A stretch of DNA of 64,000 nucleotides from Verrucomicrobiota bacterium (GTDB lineage Bacteria; Verrucomicrobiota; Verrucomicrobiia; Limisphaerales; Palsa-1400): positions 160,001 through 224,000 of the forward strand of contig JBEKYR010000001.1 in the NCBI GenBank assembly GCA_049510745.1, given 5' to 3'. Each line of letters begins with the position of its first letter. Position 1 is the first letter of the stretch. Shown one piece after another: positions 1-10,465 of the stretch. The translations under genes were made by a program, and so were the position numbers. A model generated the notes under the pieces. The model searched no databases, had not been told where the DNA came from, and worked only from the letters and a program-made list of their open reading frames with translations.

Positions 1-3000
1 TCGGCGGTGTTGATGTCAATTATATCCTTGGCGTCCTGCTGGGTGTAGTTCATCTCTTTGCGGCTGCGCAGGTCGCGCAGTTTGCCGCCCAGCGCGCCGG
101 GGTCCCCGGCCGCCGCCGATTGGCGCGCGTTCAACCCGATGAGCGCCTGCTGCAGCTTGATGTTGTGCAGTTGCACGCGGGCGTCCTCGTTGAAGGCGGG
201 GTCGTGCGTCGAAAGGTCAAAGGCGTTTTCGAAGGCGCGCCGGGCCTGCTGCGGGTCGCCGTTCGCCAGGGAATTGTTGCCGATGGCCAAAAATTGCTGG
301 GCTTCCGCGATCCGCGCCTGTTGCAGGTTGTTTTCGTTTAGCAGGTAGGATTGCGCGTCCACCGCGACGGCGGGCGGAGTAACCTGCTGTTCCTGCAGTT
401 GGAGCGAGCCGGTCCAATGCTTGACTCGCCACTTGTCGCTCAGGGAAAGTTTCCAGGTGATGTCTTCCAGGGGCAGATCGAATTTCGGCGCGAGCAAGGC
501 CAGATCGAGCGAGCGCGCGTCCGCCTGGCCGGTGCGGCAACTGTGGAAAATTTCCACCGCCACCGGCTTGTCCCCGGCCGACTGCCGCTCCAGCGGGATG
601 AGGATTTTGTCGCCGTCGCGCCAGGGCCAGACGCCGCTGTCGTTGACAAACGCAAACCAGAACCGGGCCTCCGGCGGGAGCGTCACGCCGAGCAGGCGCT
701 TGTCGCCGGGGAGAATTTCCAGGCGCGTGCGCGTGAGCATGATGCCGTCGTCGGAGATGACGGATTGGAAAGTGATATTATTGACACGGGCGGGAAGCAG
801 TTTGGCGGCCTCGTGGCGTTCGAGTTTGAGCGGGAGTTGGAACGACGGCTCGACCAGGCGGTAGGTGAAATTGGCGGCGACGGCTTGCAAGTCCTTTTGC
901 AGGGCGCGCGGGATGCTCTGCCATTCGGTGGGCTGGAGGGCTGCCGGCGGGTGGTCCACGGCCACCTGGAGGCGCGGGTCGGATTGGACGGTGACAAAGC
1001 CCCGTTGCAGGTTGACATCGGCCGCTTCCACGCCGCGCAAAACGGTCTCCGTGGCCTGGCCGGGCAGGAGAATTTGATAAGCGGCCTGAAGCAAGTATGG
1101 GCCGATGAAGCGCCGGCGCAGTTTCACTTCCCATGCCCGCAACCCATTGGTGACAGCGCCCGGCGTTTGGAGAAAATCCGCCACCTGGTCGCCCTGGAAG
1201 CGCACGCCCTCGGCGTTGGTGGGGATGAGAACGCGAAAGGCTTTCAGCCCGGTGTTCTCGATCTGATACTGCAAATTGGCCGTGACCTTGATTTGCGCTT
1301 CGCTGATGACCGCATGTTGCAGGCTCGTCACCTGAATCCACGGGTCCACCTGCTCGATGTCCAGCGCGAGCGTGGCGGGAACCTGCAAGGCGCGAAAACC
1401 GAGCACTCCTTTCTGACGGACGCCCGATTTCTGCGGGTCCAACTGCGTGTAACCTTCGCGCGCCGCCACCTGCAAGCGCATGCCCTGCTCCGGCACAATG
1501 AGCAGGGCGCCCCGCTGTTTGCCCGCTTCGCGCAGCACGACTTGCGGCACCTTCCAGTCCCGCGCCGTTTTCACGCCGGGACCGGCGAGGGTCAGGGCGA
1601 AGGCGTGCGGCCCCAGCGTCTTGCCGGTCAGATGCAACGTGATGACGCGCCCCGCTTCCGTCTTCAAGTCCGTCCACTGGCTCAAGACGGGGCTGCTGAT
1701 GGATTCGACGTCGAACCCCGCCGGCATGAGAAAGCTCAACTCGAAGATGCCCGCGCGGGTGATGTCCACCGTGAAATTGTCCGCCAGCACGGTGCGGTCT
1801 TCACCGAGCGACAACGTATCGTCGGTTTCCACGCGCACATCCGGCTCGACCGCCGCGGCCCGCAAGGCCACGCTGGCGTTGGTGTCCGAATAACGGAAGG
1901 CGCGGCGCAGGGCCAGGTCCGGGATTTGCCCTTGCAGCGCCGCCACGGCGTCGCCGGGAAAATCCTCCAGGTTGATGGGCGAGAGCGCATGAGGGGTGAC
2001 AGTGTCGAGTTGCACTTCGCTGCCGGTGGCGATGCCCGTCAAACCGATCTGCCCCGCCGCGTTTTCCACCGTGACCAACCCGGCGGATTGTTCGAAGGGC
2101 AGCGGCCCGGCGGCGATTTGCGACCGGACGAGAACCACAAAGGGCCGCGACTGGGCGGGATTCAAGGTCACGCGCAATTTGCCGGTGTCCGGGTCGAAGC
2201 GCCAGAGGGAGACCAGTGAACCGGCGGAGTTTCCTTGTTTGGCCGGATCGATCACATCGGTGACCGTCGCGCCCGGCGGCACGTTGAGGATCAATTCGCC
2301 CAACTCGCCTTGGGCGGGGCGAATGGAAACGTAATGGGCTCCTTCGATGACGCCGGCCAGCGGCACATAAAGCTGCGCCACCTCGGCGTAAAAGACCGGC
2401 TTCTCGTGCGTGACATCGCGCCGGCGCGGACGCCAGGTGATCGAGGCCTCCGCCGGCGAGAGCACCAGCGCCGCCACCGTGTTGGAGCCGGGGTGGTCGC
2501 AGTGAATCGAGACGGCCTGCGCCGACAAGACATCGACATCGAGATCGACGACCGTGAGATGGAGTTGATTGATCAAGCCGTAGGGCACGGGCAGCGTGAA
2601 GCCGCTTTCGGTTTTGTCGTTCGCCACCGGCGCCTGGTATTGGACTTCGATGTCGAACACGCCGCCCGCCAGCGCGACCAATTGTTGCGAGTATCTTGAG
2701 CCGGCCGGCCCCGCCACGAGCTGGAGCGAGCGCGGCGGAAACGAGACCCGCGTCAACACCGCCGGCTCGGACAGAAGCGGAAGGGTCTGCCCTTTGACGG
2801 CCTGCCAGCGGATTTTGGCGGTGGCCAGCGCGAATTTGTCTTCGACGCGAATGGTCTGCGTCACGGAATCGGGCAGCGCCGCCGGTTCCGCCGCCCGCGT
2901 GATCGCCGCGCCGCAACCGAGCCACAAGAGACCGCCGACAATCAGGGCCGTCGCGGCGGGCGCGGCGCCAGTCGAACCGGGCGCGGGCACCGATTCCGTG

Positions 3001-6000
3001 CTGTGAGCCAGGCGCCAGAGTTGCGCCAACGCGGGCACGAGGACGTGCCACGCCAAAAACGCAAACAGAACCCAGAAAAACAGGGAAGCGCCGTTGGGGA
3101 ATCTCAGCGCCGCCCAGGCCAGCAGCGTCCAGCCGCCAAGCCAGCCGGCAACTCCCAGCCGCGGACGGTCCGCCAGCCATTCCGCCAGCCAGAGCGCCAG
3201 CGCGGCCAGCGCGGGCCAACCGCAACCAAGGAGCGTCCAGAAGGATGTTTTGTCCGCGACGTTCGAGACCGCCACGCTCAACGCCGTGCCCGCCTGTTGC
3301 ACTGGCGCCAGAAACGTCAAGCCTGCGGGCACAGTCGCGGTCACGGCTCCCGCCAGTTCTCCCAGTTGCACAACGCACACGACGATCAACGCGAACGCGA
3401 TGAGGACCGCTGCCGGGCCGCCCCGGTAAAAGCCGGCGCGCGCCGCCCAGCGCCACCCCGCCGCCGCTCCCGCCGCCAAACCCAACACCCCAAAAAGCCA
3501 CGCCAACGCGCGTTCCAATTCTTCCCCCGCGAAGAGGCGCGCCAATTGCGCAAAGCCGGAAACATCCGGCGCGCCGCCGACCGGCATGACTGAGCCGGCC
3601 TCATAAACCAGGCGCCGGCCGGTGTCCGGTTCAAGTTTCCATTCCGCCAGCATCACCGGGGCGTCGGCGGTGGGCGCGGCGATGCGGACCCGTTTTGGAT
3701 CGGGGGATTGGGAGGCCAGTTTCAAATCCAGCTCCAGCACGGCGTTTGGATCGCTGCTTTGCGGCAGGGGAATCAGGCTGGCGTTGCCGTCCTGGACGGG
3801 GACGGTGGCGGCGCCGTTAATGGAAGCGGACCACAATTGCGCGCCGTCGGGAATCGTCAGCCGGAAGTGAGGGTTGCCGCGGCTCTTGATGAAGTAGCGG
3901 ATGTCGGTGAGCACCTGTCCTTCCTTGGAAATGCGGGTGTCCAGCGAAGCGCGGTCCACGATCTGGTTGAGCGAATCCCCCTGGGCCAGCGGGCTGAGCG
4001 AGAGTTTCAAATTGAAGGGGCGCGAGGCGTAGCGATAGGCGGCCAGGACGGGAGCATCAAAGAAAAGCCGGTATTCCGGCGGCACTTCACCCGTTTCCAG
4101 CGGAAGCAGGCCGGGCGAAACGTCCGCGCGCTTTACCTCAAACTGATAGGCGCTGGTGACCAGCGTGTAGCCTTCCTCCGACTGGGCGTCCAGCGGACGG
4201 GCGCCGGTGAAGGCCAGCGTCTCGCCCTGCGGCTTGAAGGGCCGCTCGTAGGTCGCCAGCAGCGTGTAAGCGCCCGCCACCGGCGTGTGCAATTGCACCA
4301 GGTAACCGCCCTCGATCTTTTGCCAGTTGCGGAGGTCCTTGCCGGTGAACTCGACGTTGTAGTACTCGTCGGACAATTCGATCTTGAACGCCGCCACCGG
4401 CGCGCCCGACACCACGTAGTTGAGGACGCTGCTCCCGTAGGCGATGCCTTCGCCAATGGAGAACAGGTGCAGCGCGGAGGCCTGGACGGTTTGCGGCAAC
4501 CGTTCCACGCGCAAGGCGGCTTCCCACGCCGGTTCGCTCAGCCGGAACGCGGCCTGGATGCCTTCCAACTTTCCGGGGTAAAACGCCGTCGCCATTTCCG
4601 TCAGCGCCTTGGTCCGTTCCGGTGTCAAGCGAAAACCGGCATCCGCCGACACGCCGACAAACCCCCGCACGGACTTGGCCTGGGCGACCTCCAGCCGGGG
4701 CAGCGCCCAATTGGTGCCGCCGAGGCCCTGGTTGTGCTCGAGGCGAAGCTGGACCAATTGCCGCCCGGAGACCGGCTGGCCATAGACCAGGCGCAACTCC
4801 GCGCCTGGCGCTCCCGCCGGTTCGCTCAGGAAATAGTCGCTCAATCCCGCCGCATTGAGGCGGGCGACGGCGAATCCTTTGGGCACGTCAATCAACAATT
4901 CGCGCAGCGGCGCCTCGCGGATGTCCAGTTCGAGTTCCGCGTCCAGCGTCAATTCGTTTTCGCCCACGCGATACGCCAGCAATTCCGAGACGGCCAATTC
5001 GGGCAGGATTTGGTCGGCCTGGATGCGCAACGCGAAATCAGCGCCCGCAAACCGGTAGGCGAAGCGCTGGTTGCCCTCGACGCGAAACGCCGCCCGCGTC
5101 ACGTCGGATTCGGGAAATTGTTCGGGCGAGATTTGGGAGGTGCCGCCGGCCTGCACGACCTCCAGCCGCACCGCCCCTTCATTGACCAGGCGAAGGTAGC
5201 CGGCAAAGCGCGTGGCGTTCTCCGGGCGCAACTGCAAAATATCGGCCGTCTGGGGAAACGCCCCGAGCGGCGTTTGCGCCTGCACCTGGAAGGCGAATTG
5301 GTCCTTCTGCGGCTGGTTCAATTGAATGACCAGGCGGCGCTCGGAGGAATTGGACGCCGGCTCGACGCTCCAGGCCAGCACCTGGTCGCCTTGCACGCGC
5401 GTCACTTCGCCCGCCCCGCGCAGCCGCAGCGTAACCCGGTTCAACTCGCCTTGCATGACTTTGAAATTGAGCAGCGCCACCTGCCGCATCAGGCCCGGAC
5501 TGACGCTGATTTGCGAGAGCATCCCGGCTGAAAAGAATAATTTCCCTTCCGTTTCAGGCCGGACTTCCTTCCACGAGAACTTCACCGCGCCGTCCGCCGG
5601 CAGGTAGCTCAGGAAGTCGCCGCCCTGGCGATCGGGCCGCGCCGCGCCCGCGAACTGGAACTGCGTGTCGGCCGCCAGCCCGCGCAAAACGATGGGTTGC
5701 AGGACGCTCGGGGCGACGCGGAACTCGACGCTGTTCCAACCCTCGGTCTGGCGCACGGTGGCGCTGAATTTGACCTGGATGGGGAAGTCGCCGCCGTGAT
5801 CGAATGTCAGGAAGAATTTGTTCTGGCCGGCGCGGATATGTTCCCTGGGATGCGGCTCGAACGCGGTGAGCGCCACCGGGCCGGAAAGCAAGTCGAGCGA
5901 GCCGCCGCGCGGATTCCCGACGCGCGCCGTGGCGGAAAGAACAAACGCCGCGCCATCGCCGCTCAGATCGCCGGTGAGTTTAAAGTCTGTCAAAGTAACG

Positions 6001-6068
6001 GTGCTTTCCGCAGCCTGGACGGCGGCGGCCAGGAGCGAAACCCCGAGGAGAACGAGGGAACTTTTCAT
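1..6068 (-). CDS. Very large (>2020 aa) secreted/membrane protein, 3' end outside the window
   Basis: Absent from the ORF track (no stop in window). ATG at 6068 gives MKSSLVLLGVSLLAAAVQA (signal peptide); the frame stays open to position 3 (...KDIIDINTA); central hydrophobic multi-TM block near 2900-3550; starts 14 nt after the vWA gene stop. Confidence 0.85.
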   Translation of the reverse strand, partial: MKSSLVLLGVSLLAAAVQAAESTVTLTDFKLTGDLSGDGAAFVLSATARVGNPRGGSLDLLSGPVALTAFEPHPREHIRAGQNKFFLTFDHGGDFPIQVKFSATVRQTEGWNSVEFRVAPSVLQPIVLRGLAADTQFQFAGAARPDRQGGDFLSYLPADGAVKFSWKEVRPETEGKLFFSAGMLSQISVSPGLMRQVALLNFKVMQGELNRVTLRLRGAGEVTRVQGDQVLAWSVEPASNSSERRLVIQLNQPQKDQFAFQVQAQTPLGAFPQTADILQLRPENATRFAGYLRLVNEGAVRLEVVQAGGTSQISPEQFPESDVTRAAFRVEGNQRFAYRFAGADFALRIQADQILPELAVSELLAYRVGENELTLDAELELDIREAPLRELLIDVPKGFAVARLNAAGLSDYFLSEPAGAPGAELRLVYGQPVSGRQLVQLRLEHNQGLGGTNWALPRLEVAQAKSVRGFVGVSADAGFRLTPERTKALTEMATAFYPGKLEGIQAAFRLSEPAWEAALRVERLPQTVQASALHLFSIGEGIAYGSSVLNYVVSGAPVAAFKIELSDEYYNVEFTGKDLRNWQKIEGGYLVQLHTPVAGAYTLLATYERPFKPQGETLAFTGARPLDAQSEEGYTLVTSAYQFEVKRADVSPGLLPLETGEVPPEYRLFFDAPVLAAYRYASRPFNLKLSLSPLAQGDSLNQIVDRASLDTRISKEGQVLTDIRYFIKSRGNPHFRLTIPDGAQLWSASINGAATVPVQDGNASLIPLPQSSDPNAVLELDLKLASQSPDPKRVRIAAPTADAPVMLAEWKLEPDTGRRLVYEAGSVMPVGGAPDVSGFAQLARLFAGEELERALAWLFGVLGLAAGAAAGWRWAARAGFYRGGPAAVLIAFALIVVCVVQLGELAGAVTATVPAGLTFLAPVQQAGTALSVAVSNVADKTSFWTLLGCGWPALAALALWLAEWLADRPRLGVAGWLGGWTLLAWAALRFPNGASLFFWVLFAFLAWHVLVPALAQLWRLAHSTESVPAPGSTGAAPAATALIVGGLLWLGCGAAITRAAEPAALPDSVTQTIRVEDKFALATAKIRWQAVKGQTLPLLSEPAVLTRVSFPPRSLQLVAGPAGSRYSQQLVALAGGVFDIEVQYQAPVANDKTESGFTLPVPYGLINQLHLTVVDLDVDVLSAQAVSIHCDHPGSNTVAALVLSPAEASITWRPRRRDVTHEKPVFYAEVAQLYVPLAGVIEGAHYVSIRPAQGELGELILNVPPGATVTDVIDPAKQGNSAGSLVSLWRFDPDTGKLRVTLNPAQSRPFVVLVRSQIAAGPLPFEQSAGLVTVENAAGQIGLTGIATGSEVQLDTVTPHALSPINLEDFPGDAVAALQGQIPDLALRRAFRYSDTNASVALRAAAVEPDVRVETDDTLSLGEDRTVLADNFTVDITRAGIFELSFLMPAGFDVESISSPVLSQWTDLKTEAGRVITLHLTGKTLGPHAFALTLAGPGVKTARDWKVPQVVLREAGKQRGALLIVPEQGMRLQVAAREGYTQLDPQKSGVRQKGVLGFRALQVPATLALDIEQVDPWIQVTSLQHAVISEAQIKVTANLQYQIENTGLKAFRVLIPTNAEGVRFQGDQVADFLQTPGAVTNGLRAWEVKLRRRFIGPYLLQAAYQILLPGQATETVLRGVEAADVNLQRGFVTVQSDPRLQVAVDHPPAALQPTEWQSIPRALQKDLQAVAANFTYRLVEPSFQLPLKLERHEAAKLLPARVNNITFQSVISDDGIMLTRTRLEILPGDKRLLGVTLPPEARFWFAFVNDSGVWPWRDGDKILIPLERQSAGDKPVAVEIFHSCRTGQADARSLDLALLAPKFDLPLEDITWKLSLSDKWRVKHWTGSLQLQEQQVTPPAVAVDAQSYLLNENNLQQARIAEAQQFLAIGNNSLANGDPQQARRAFENAFDLSTHDPAFNEDARVQLHNIKLQQALIGLNARQSAAAGDPGALGGKLRDLRSRKEMNYTQQDAKDIIDINTA

Positions 6069-6082
6069 AAATGGTTCGTGAT

Positions 6083-8911
6083 TTACTTGCCCGAAATGCT
6101 CTTGGCCTGGCGGATCATCCATTCCAGCTTCGCCGGGCGGGCGTCGGCGCCGGAGACCTGCGGCACGCCGCTCAAATAAACCAGCAACCGGTCGGGCGTG
6201 ACCTCGCCGGCGTAGGGACTGGCCGCCAGCCATTCGGAAAACGCGGCGGCGGTGGCCGCCAGCCGCATGGCGGGACTGGCTTTTTCGAGCGAAACGGCGC
6301 TGCCGGTGTAGGGCACGGTCCACTCGTGCTCCTGGTAATCGGACGTGCCGGGAACGCGGAAGCGCACATGCACCGTGCAAAGCGGGCCGTCGCCCGACGG
6401 ATTGATTTCCACCGTGTAAAGCGCGTTGCCGGATTCCGCCGCGCCGATCTGCGCCGCGCTGACGCTGTTGTCGCGGAATTGTTCCTTGGTCAGTTGATCC
6501 TTGGCGTAGCCGATCTGCCGATACGAAGTGACGCGATTGGAGTTGAACTCGACCTGCACCTTCACGTCGGCGGCCGCGACGCGGAGCGCGCCGGCCAGAT
6601 TTCCGGCGAACTCCGTGGCGGCCTCCTCCGGCGTGTTGATGAATCCATAGCGGCCATTGCCGGCCCGCGAGAGCGTTTCGAGCAAAGTATCGTTGTAACC
6701 GTCCCAACCGACGCCAAAGCAATCGAAGGCGATGCCTTGTTTGTGGTTGGTTTCAACCCTCTGCTTGAGCGCGTCCGGCTCGACGTTGCCGAGATTGGCC
6801 GCGCCGTCGGTCAGGAGCACGACGCGGTTTTCGCCATTGGCCAGGTAATGGCGCAAGGCGGTGGCGTAAGCGAGCTTCATCGCCTCTTCGAGATTGGTGC
6901 CGCCTTCGGGCGTGAGACCGCGCAAATCCCGGGCCACCGCGCCCGCCTGGCTGCCGGGCACGCCGTCCACCCACAAACGGGCGGTGCGCGCAAACACCAC
7001 CACACTGATCGTGTCCTGCGGCTGCAATTGCGAAGCGAGCACGCCCAAGGCCTGGGCGATGATTTCGACGCGGTCGGCGCGTTCCATCGAGCCGGACTTG
7101 TCAAGAAGCAGAACCAGGTTGAGCGGGCGGCCGGCCTGGCGGCCTTGGGCGGCGGTCTTGATCGAGAACCGGAGCAGGTCGCGGTTGTGGGCGAACGGGT
7201 AGCCGGCGCGTTCCCAGGCAAAACCGATGGGCGCGCCGGGGGCCGGCTCCGGATCGCGATAATCGAATGCGTTGATGAATTCTTCGCTTCTCATGCTGGC
7301 GGCTTCCGGCATCGCGCCGTTTTGCAGGCTGGCCGCCGCCAGCTTGAAGGCGACATCGCTGACGTTGAGCGAGAAGGTGGTGAAAGCGTCGTCGCGCGTC
7401 TGGACTTCGGCTTGCGGAACCGGAGCGGGACGAGCGGGATGGGGCAGGGCCGCGTCGCTCTGATCGAGTTGTTTTCCGGCGGAAGGAATCGGCTGCAATG
7501 ATTCCCGGGCGGCTTCGATGCGGGCCATGTCGGCCTTAAAACTTTTGGGCGCCTCGGCAGGCGGAGAAGCCGGGGCCGTTAGATCGCCACTCACGACGGA
7601 CAACTGGCGGGAATCTTTATCGAAATACATTCCCGAAGTATCCGCCTTCGCGCGCTTATCTTTCTCCGCGCTGCCGAACTTCAGCGAATCAACTGTGGGA
7701 GCCGCCTCCTTGGCCAACAAACGGGAAAGTGTGACCATGTTTGACGCGGGGATAGGACTGATGGCAGCGGTGATTTCGCTCCCTCCAGTTCCAGTTTGCA
7801 CGCCGAACCCCCTCGTCTCCGTTGGTGGCCTGTAACGGAAAGCTGGAGCCGCGCCCATGGTGGGAGCCACGCCCATTCTGCCTTGGGCCATGGGCTGCGC
7901 GCTCTTTTCCTCCTCCGCCATCCGGCGTTGGATGAAATCCGTGGCGCGGGCGCGGGCGCCGCCAGCCTCCATCGTGGAGGCAACGGTCCCGGCGATTCCG
8001 CCCGGAGCGGGTGCTGCAACCGGAGCGGGCGTTACGGATGGCGGCGCTGGTTCGTTCCTGTTTACGTTCTGAATAGATTGAAAGGCGAAACGGCCACCGC
8101 CACCGCCACCGCCAACAGGGTTGTCGCCTAACTGGACGGAGCCGTTATTGACAAAACTGTTCGCTTGCGCGAACTGCTGGCCGTTGTTCTGAAGAACAGA
8201 ATTCTGTGCTGAATTCTGGTTTTGCAGAGCCTCCGTCTGCGCGGGGGCGATAAACTGACCGTTCGCATCCGCAAGCTGCTGTTCACCAGTCTGAGGAAGA
8301 AAAATCTGATTTGCCGAAGGGGCGGAAGCCGGCGGCGGTGGCGCTATGTTCACAGCGTAGGCGCCCGATGGTTGTGGTGGCGCGACCGATGCCGGGGCGG
8401 GCTGGTTCAGCCCAGCGTGGTCGTTGCCCACGGTTTCCATCAGGTGGAGCGACTTCGTTTTTGCCCTGGCGAGACTTTGGTGGAGGCTCAAATGCGAGCC
8501 CCACGTCGGCTCATGTACGCCTGCCAGTTCGGGCGTCAAGAGGGAATAAAGCATCAACGCCACGGCCGCAGCGGCGCCCAGCAGAACCACCCATGACGTC
8601 TTGCGGCGCGGCGGCGGGGCAAACTCTTTCGGCCTGATCGTCTTGAAATAGGCCAGCAACTTTTCGCGCCGCGCCGGGCTGAGCTTGAGGGGCGCGGGCT
8701 GGGCGGGCGTCTCGCCGACGGGCGTGGCGGCCGTTTCGCGCAGCAGGTCCAGGGTCAGGCTGAGCCGGTCCCGCAACCGGGCCAGTTCGGCGTCCTTTGC
8801 GATGATTTCCCGCACGCTGGCGGCTTCCTCGGCGGACAATTCGCCCAGCAACAGGGCCGTCACCTTGGCTTCGAGTTCTTCCCGGGGATTGGGCGGTAAA
8901 TCGGGGTTCAT
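6083..8911 (-). CDS. Anti-sigma-like N-terminus + TM + low-complexity linker + YfbK-like von Willebrand factor A domain protein
   Basis: ALLLGELSAEEAASVREII anti-sigma-like start; TM segment; TFSLNVSD, EEFINAFDY, LLLDKSGSM (MIDAS DxSxS), GGTNL, LLTDGAAN, YRQIGY motifs. Confidence 0.85.
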   Translation of the reverse strand: MNPDLPPNPREELEAKVTALLLGELSAEEAASVREIIAKDAELARLRDRLSLTLDLLRETAATPVGETPAQPAPLKLSPARREKLLAYFKTIRPKEFAPPPRRKTSWVVLLGAAAAVALMLYSLLTPELAGVHEPTWGSHLSLHQSLARAKTKSLHLMETVGNDHAGLNQPAPASVAPPQPSGAYAVNIAPPPPASAPSANQIFLPQTGEQQLADANGQFIAPAQTEALQNQNSAQNSVLQNNGQQFAQANSFVNNGSVQLGDNPVGGGGGGGRFAFQSIQNVNRNEPAPPSVTPAPVAAPAPGGIAGTVASTMEAGGARARATDFIQRRMAEEEKSAQPMAQGRMGVAPTMGAAPAFRYRPPTETRGFGVQTGTGGSEITAAISPIPASNMVTLSRLLAKEAAPTVDSLKFGSAEKDKRAKADTSGMYFDKDSRQLSVVSGDLTAPASPPAEAPKSFKADMARIEAARESLQPIPSAGKQLDQSDAALPHPARPAPVPQAEVQTRDDAFTTFSLNVSDVAFKLAAASLQNGAMPEAASMRSEEFINAFDYRDPEPAPGAPIGFAWERAGYPFAHNRDLLRFSIKTAAQGRQAGRPLNLVLLLDKSGSMERADRVEIIAQALGVLASQLQPQDTISVVVFARTARLWVDGVPGSQAGAVARDLRGLTPEGGTNLEEAMKLAYATALRHYLANGENRVVLLTDGAANLGNVEPDALKQRVETNHKQGIAFDCFGVGWDGYNDTLLETLSRAGNGRYGFINTPEEAATEFAGNLAGALRVAAADVKVQVEFNSNRVTSYRQIGYAKDQLTKEQFRDNSVSAAQIGAAESGNALYTVEINPSGDGPLCTVHVRFRVPGTSDYQEHEWTVPYTGSAVSLEKASPAMRLAATAAAFSEWLAASPYAGEVTPDRLLVYLSGVPQVSGADARPAKLEWMIRQAKSISGK

Positions 8912-9495
8912 GGGACAACTCCGTTTCTGGCCAGTTCCTCGGCCATGGTTTTGAGCGCGTGATGCAGCAGATAGCCGACGTGGCCGGTCTTCAGGCCGGT
9001 GCGCTCGCCGATTTGCTTGTAGGAAAGGTTCTCGTTGAACTTGAGGCGGATCAGTTCGCGGCTGCGCGCGTCCAGCGTTTCCAGGCTCAACCGCACCAGG
9101 CCGATGCCCTCGGAGCGGACAATTTGCTCATCGGGCAAGGGCTGGGGATCGGGGGGATCGCCGGCCGGCAGCGAGGTGTCGCGGGCGTTGACTTCGAGCG
9201 CGACAATTTTTCCGGCCTGACGCCGGTGGTTCAAGGCGAGGTTATGCACGGTTCGGTAGAGCCAGCGCCTGGGTTCGCGCACCTCTTTGAACTGGGCCTG
9301 CAATTTCATAAACGCTTCCTGAACCGAGTCCTCCGCCGCGCCCAATTCGCCGGCCAGGCGCAAGGCGTAATTCAAAAGGGGCGACTCCAGAGCCGCGAAC
9401 AGCTCTTCCATCGTTTCGCCTCCGGGCACTGCTCTGGCCTGGTCTGGTTGCATTGCAGCCGCGCTGGGCGGAATCCGCTGATCCGGCGGGATCAT
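8908..9495 (-). CDS. ECF RNA polymerase sigma factor
   Basis: AEDSVQEAF, WLYRTVHNLALNHRR (region 2); LSYKQIGERTG (region 4); ATGA overlap with the downstream gene. Confidence 0.92.
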   Translation of the reverse strand: MIPPDQRIPPSAAAMQPDQARAVPGGETMEELFAALESPLLNYALRLAGELGAAEDSVQEAFMKLQAQFKEVREPRRWLYRTVHNLALNHRRQAGKIVALEVNARDTSLPAGDPPDPQPLPDEQIVRSEGIGLVRLSLETLDARSRELIRLKFNENLSYKQIGERTGLKTGHVGYLLHHALKTMAEELARNGVVP

Positions 9496-9746
9496 GCGGC
9501 AAGCCCGGCGTCCTTTTGGTCGTGAGCGGACACCATGTTCACCCTGTTTGACACCGGAGGGCGGACTTTCTTAGAGAAAAAAATGGGAATTCCTGCTCCG
9601 CGTCTTCCGCCCTCCCCATCCGCCGACTTGTCCGGGATGGTTTTAACGAAGGCGGATGCTTTATTTTTCTCCCGCTCCCCCGTTCAGCCCGCGGTTGCAG
9701 CCGGGAGCCGGGCCGTCGCGGAATCTGTCCGGCCGGGAAATCCGCC

Positions 9747-10241
9747 TCAGGGCGCGCGCCGCCGGATTTTGTCTTCGAGGAATAGGCGGTCTTCCGCGTC
9801 CCTTGGCCGAACGGTGCGTTTGGTGCGCAACAAGAGCTCGGGAGAAGCGAAGGGAATGGAGACTCCGTCAATTATAAATGTCTGAATGTCAGGGGCCGCC
9901 TCGGCATAGGTGATTCCGCAGGCGGACAGCATCAAATCCACCACGACTTCGTCACAAACGCGGACGACAAGATAATTGCGGAGGTCGTCCTCTCCCAATT
10001 CGCGCACGGCTTTGTCGGGCAGAACCTCCAACGCTTTCTTGACTCTGGCCTGGTTTTCCGGGGAGCCGTCCACGAGGAGGTCGATGTCCATTGTGGCGCG
10101 GCCCATGCCGTGCTGGTTGACGGCGAAGCCGCCCACGACAAGATAACGGGCGTCCGCCTGGTTCAAACTCCGGCACAGCAGCAGCAAATCCGTCAGAGTG
10201 GGCGGCCGGCTTTCGGCCGGTTGAGCATTTTCAGGGTCCAT
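9747..10241 (-). CDS. Minimal nucleotidyltransferase-fold protein (TA-associated type)
   Basis: YLVVGGFAV..HG..RATMDIDLL (GG + DxD) and C-terminal K..RPRD..D motifs. Confidence 0.75.
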   Translation of the reverse strand: MDPENAQPAESRPPTLTDLLLLCRSLNQADARYLVVGGFAVNQHGMGRATMDIDLLVDGSPENQARVKKALEVLPDKAVRELGEDDLRNYLVVRVCDEVVVDLMLSACGITYAEAAPDIQTFIIDGVSIPFASPELLLRTKRTVRPRDAEDRLFLEDKIRRRAP

Positions 10242-10405
10242 TTGGCTGCCTCTTCGTGAGACTTGAAGCGATAAACACCGCGCGGCATAAACGGTTGGTT
10301 TCCCCGCAAACGGATCATCATTTCAAAAAAACCTTGCATCGCCTCCAAACCACCGGAATAAGGCTTTCGCTTTCCCAAAATCTTCATGCGCGGCTTCTCT
10401 TCCAT
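10193..10405 (-). CDS. Small protein, probable partner of the nucleotidyltransferase
   Basis: 70 aa MEEKPRMK...PRGVYRFKSHEEAAKW; overlaps the start of the nucleotidyltransferase gene. Confidence 0.6.
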   Translation of the reverse strand: MEEKPRMKILGKRKPYSGGLEAMQGFFEMMIRLRGNQPFMPRGVYRFKSHEEAAKWTLKMLNRPKAGRPL

Positions 10406-10465
10406 GAACACACCATAACAGCACGGCCCGGTTTCCGCGAGTCCAATTCCGCCCGGTCGCAATGG

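Noticed and set aside
351..7501. Long plus-strand ORFs (351-2219, 3708-5531, 6071-7501) and similar ones such as 10952-12877, 13511-15460, 39532-41397, 50388-52610
   Set aside because: Antisense shadows of well-supported genes in high-GC DNA; no recognisable motifs.
9492..9536. 14-aa upstream ORF (MVSAHDQKDAGLAA) overlapping the sigma start
   Set aside because: Too short to support from sequence alone, and the sigma start codon itself is uncertain.
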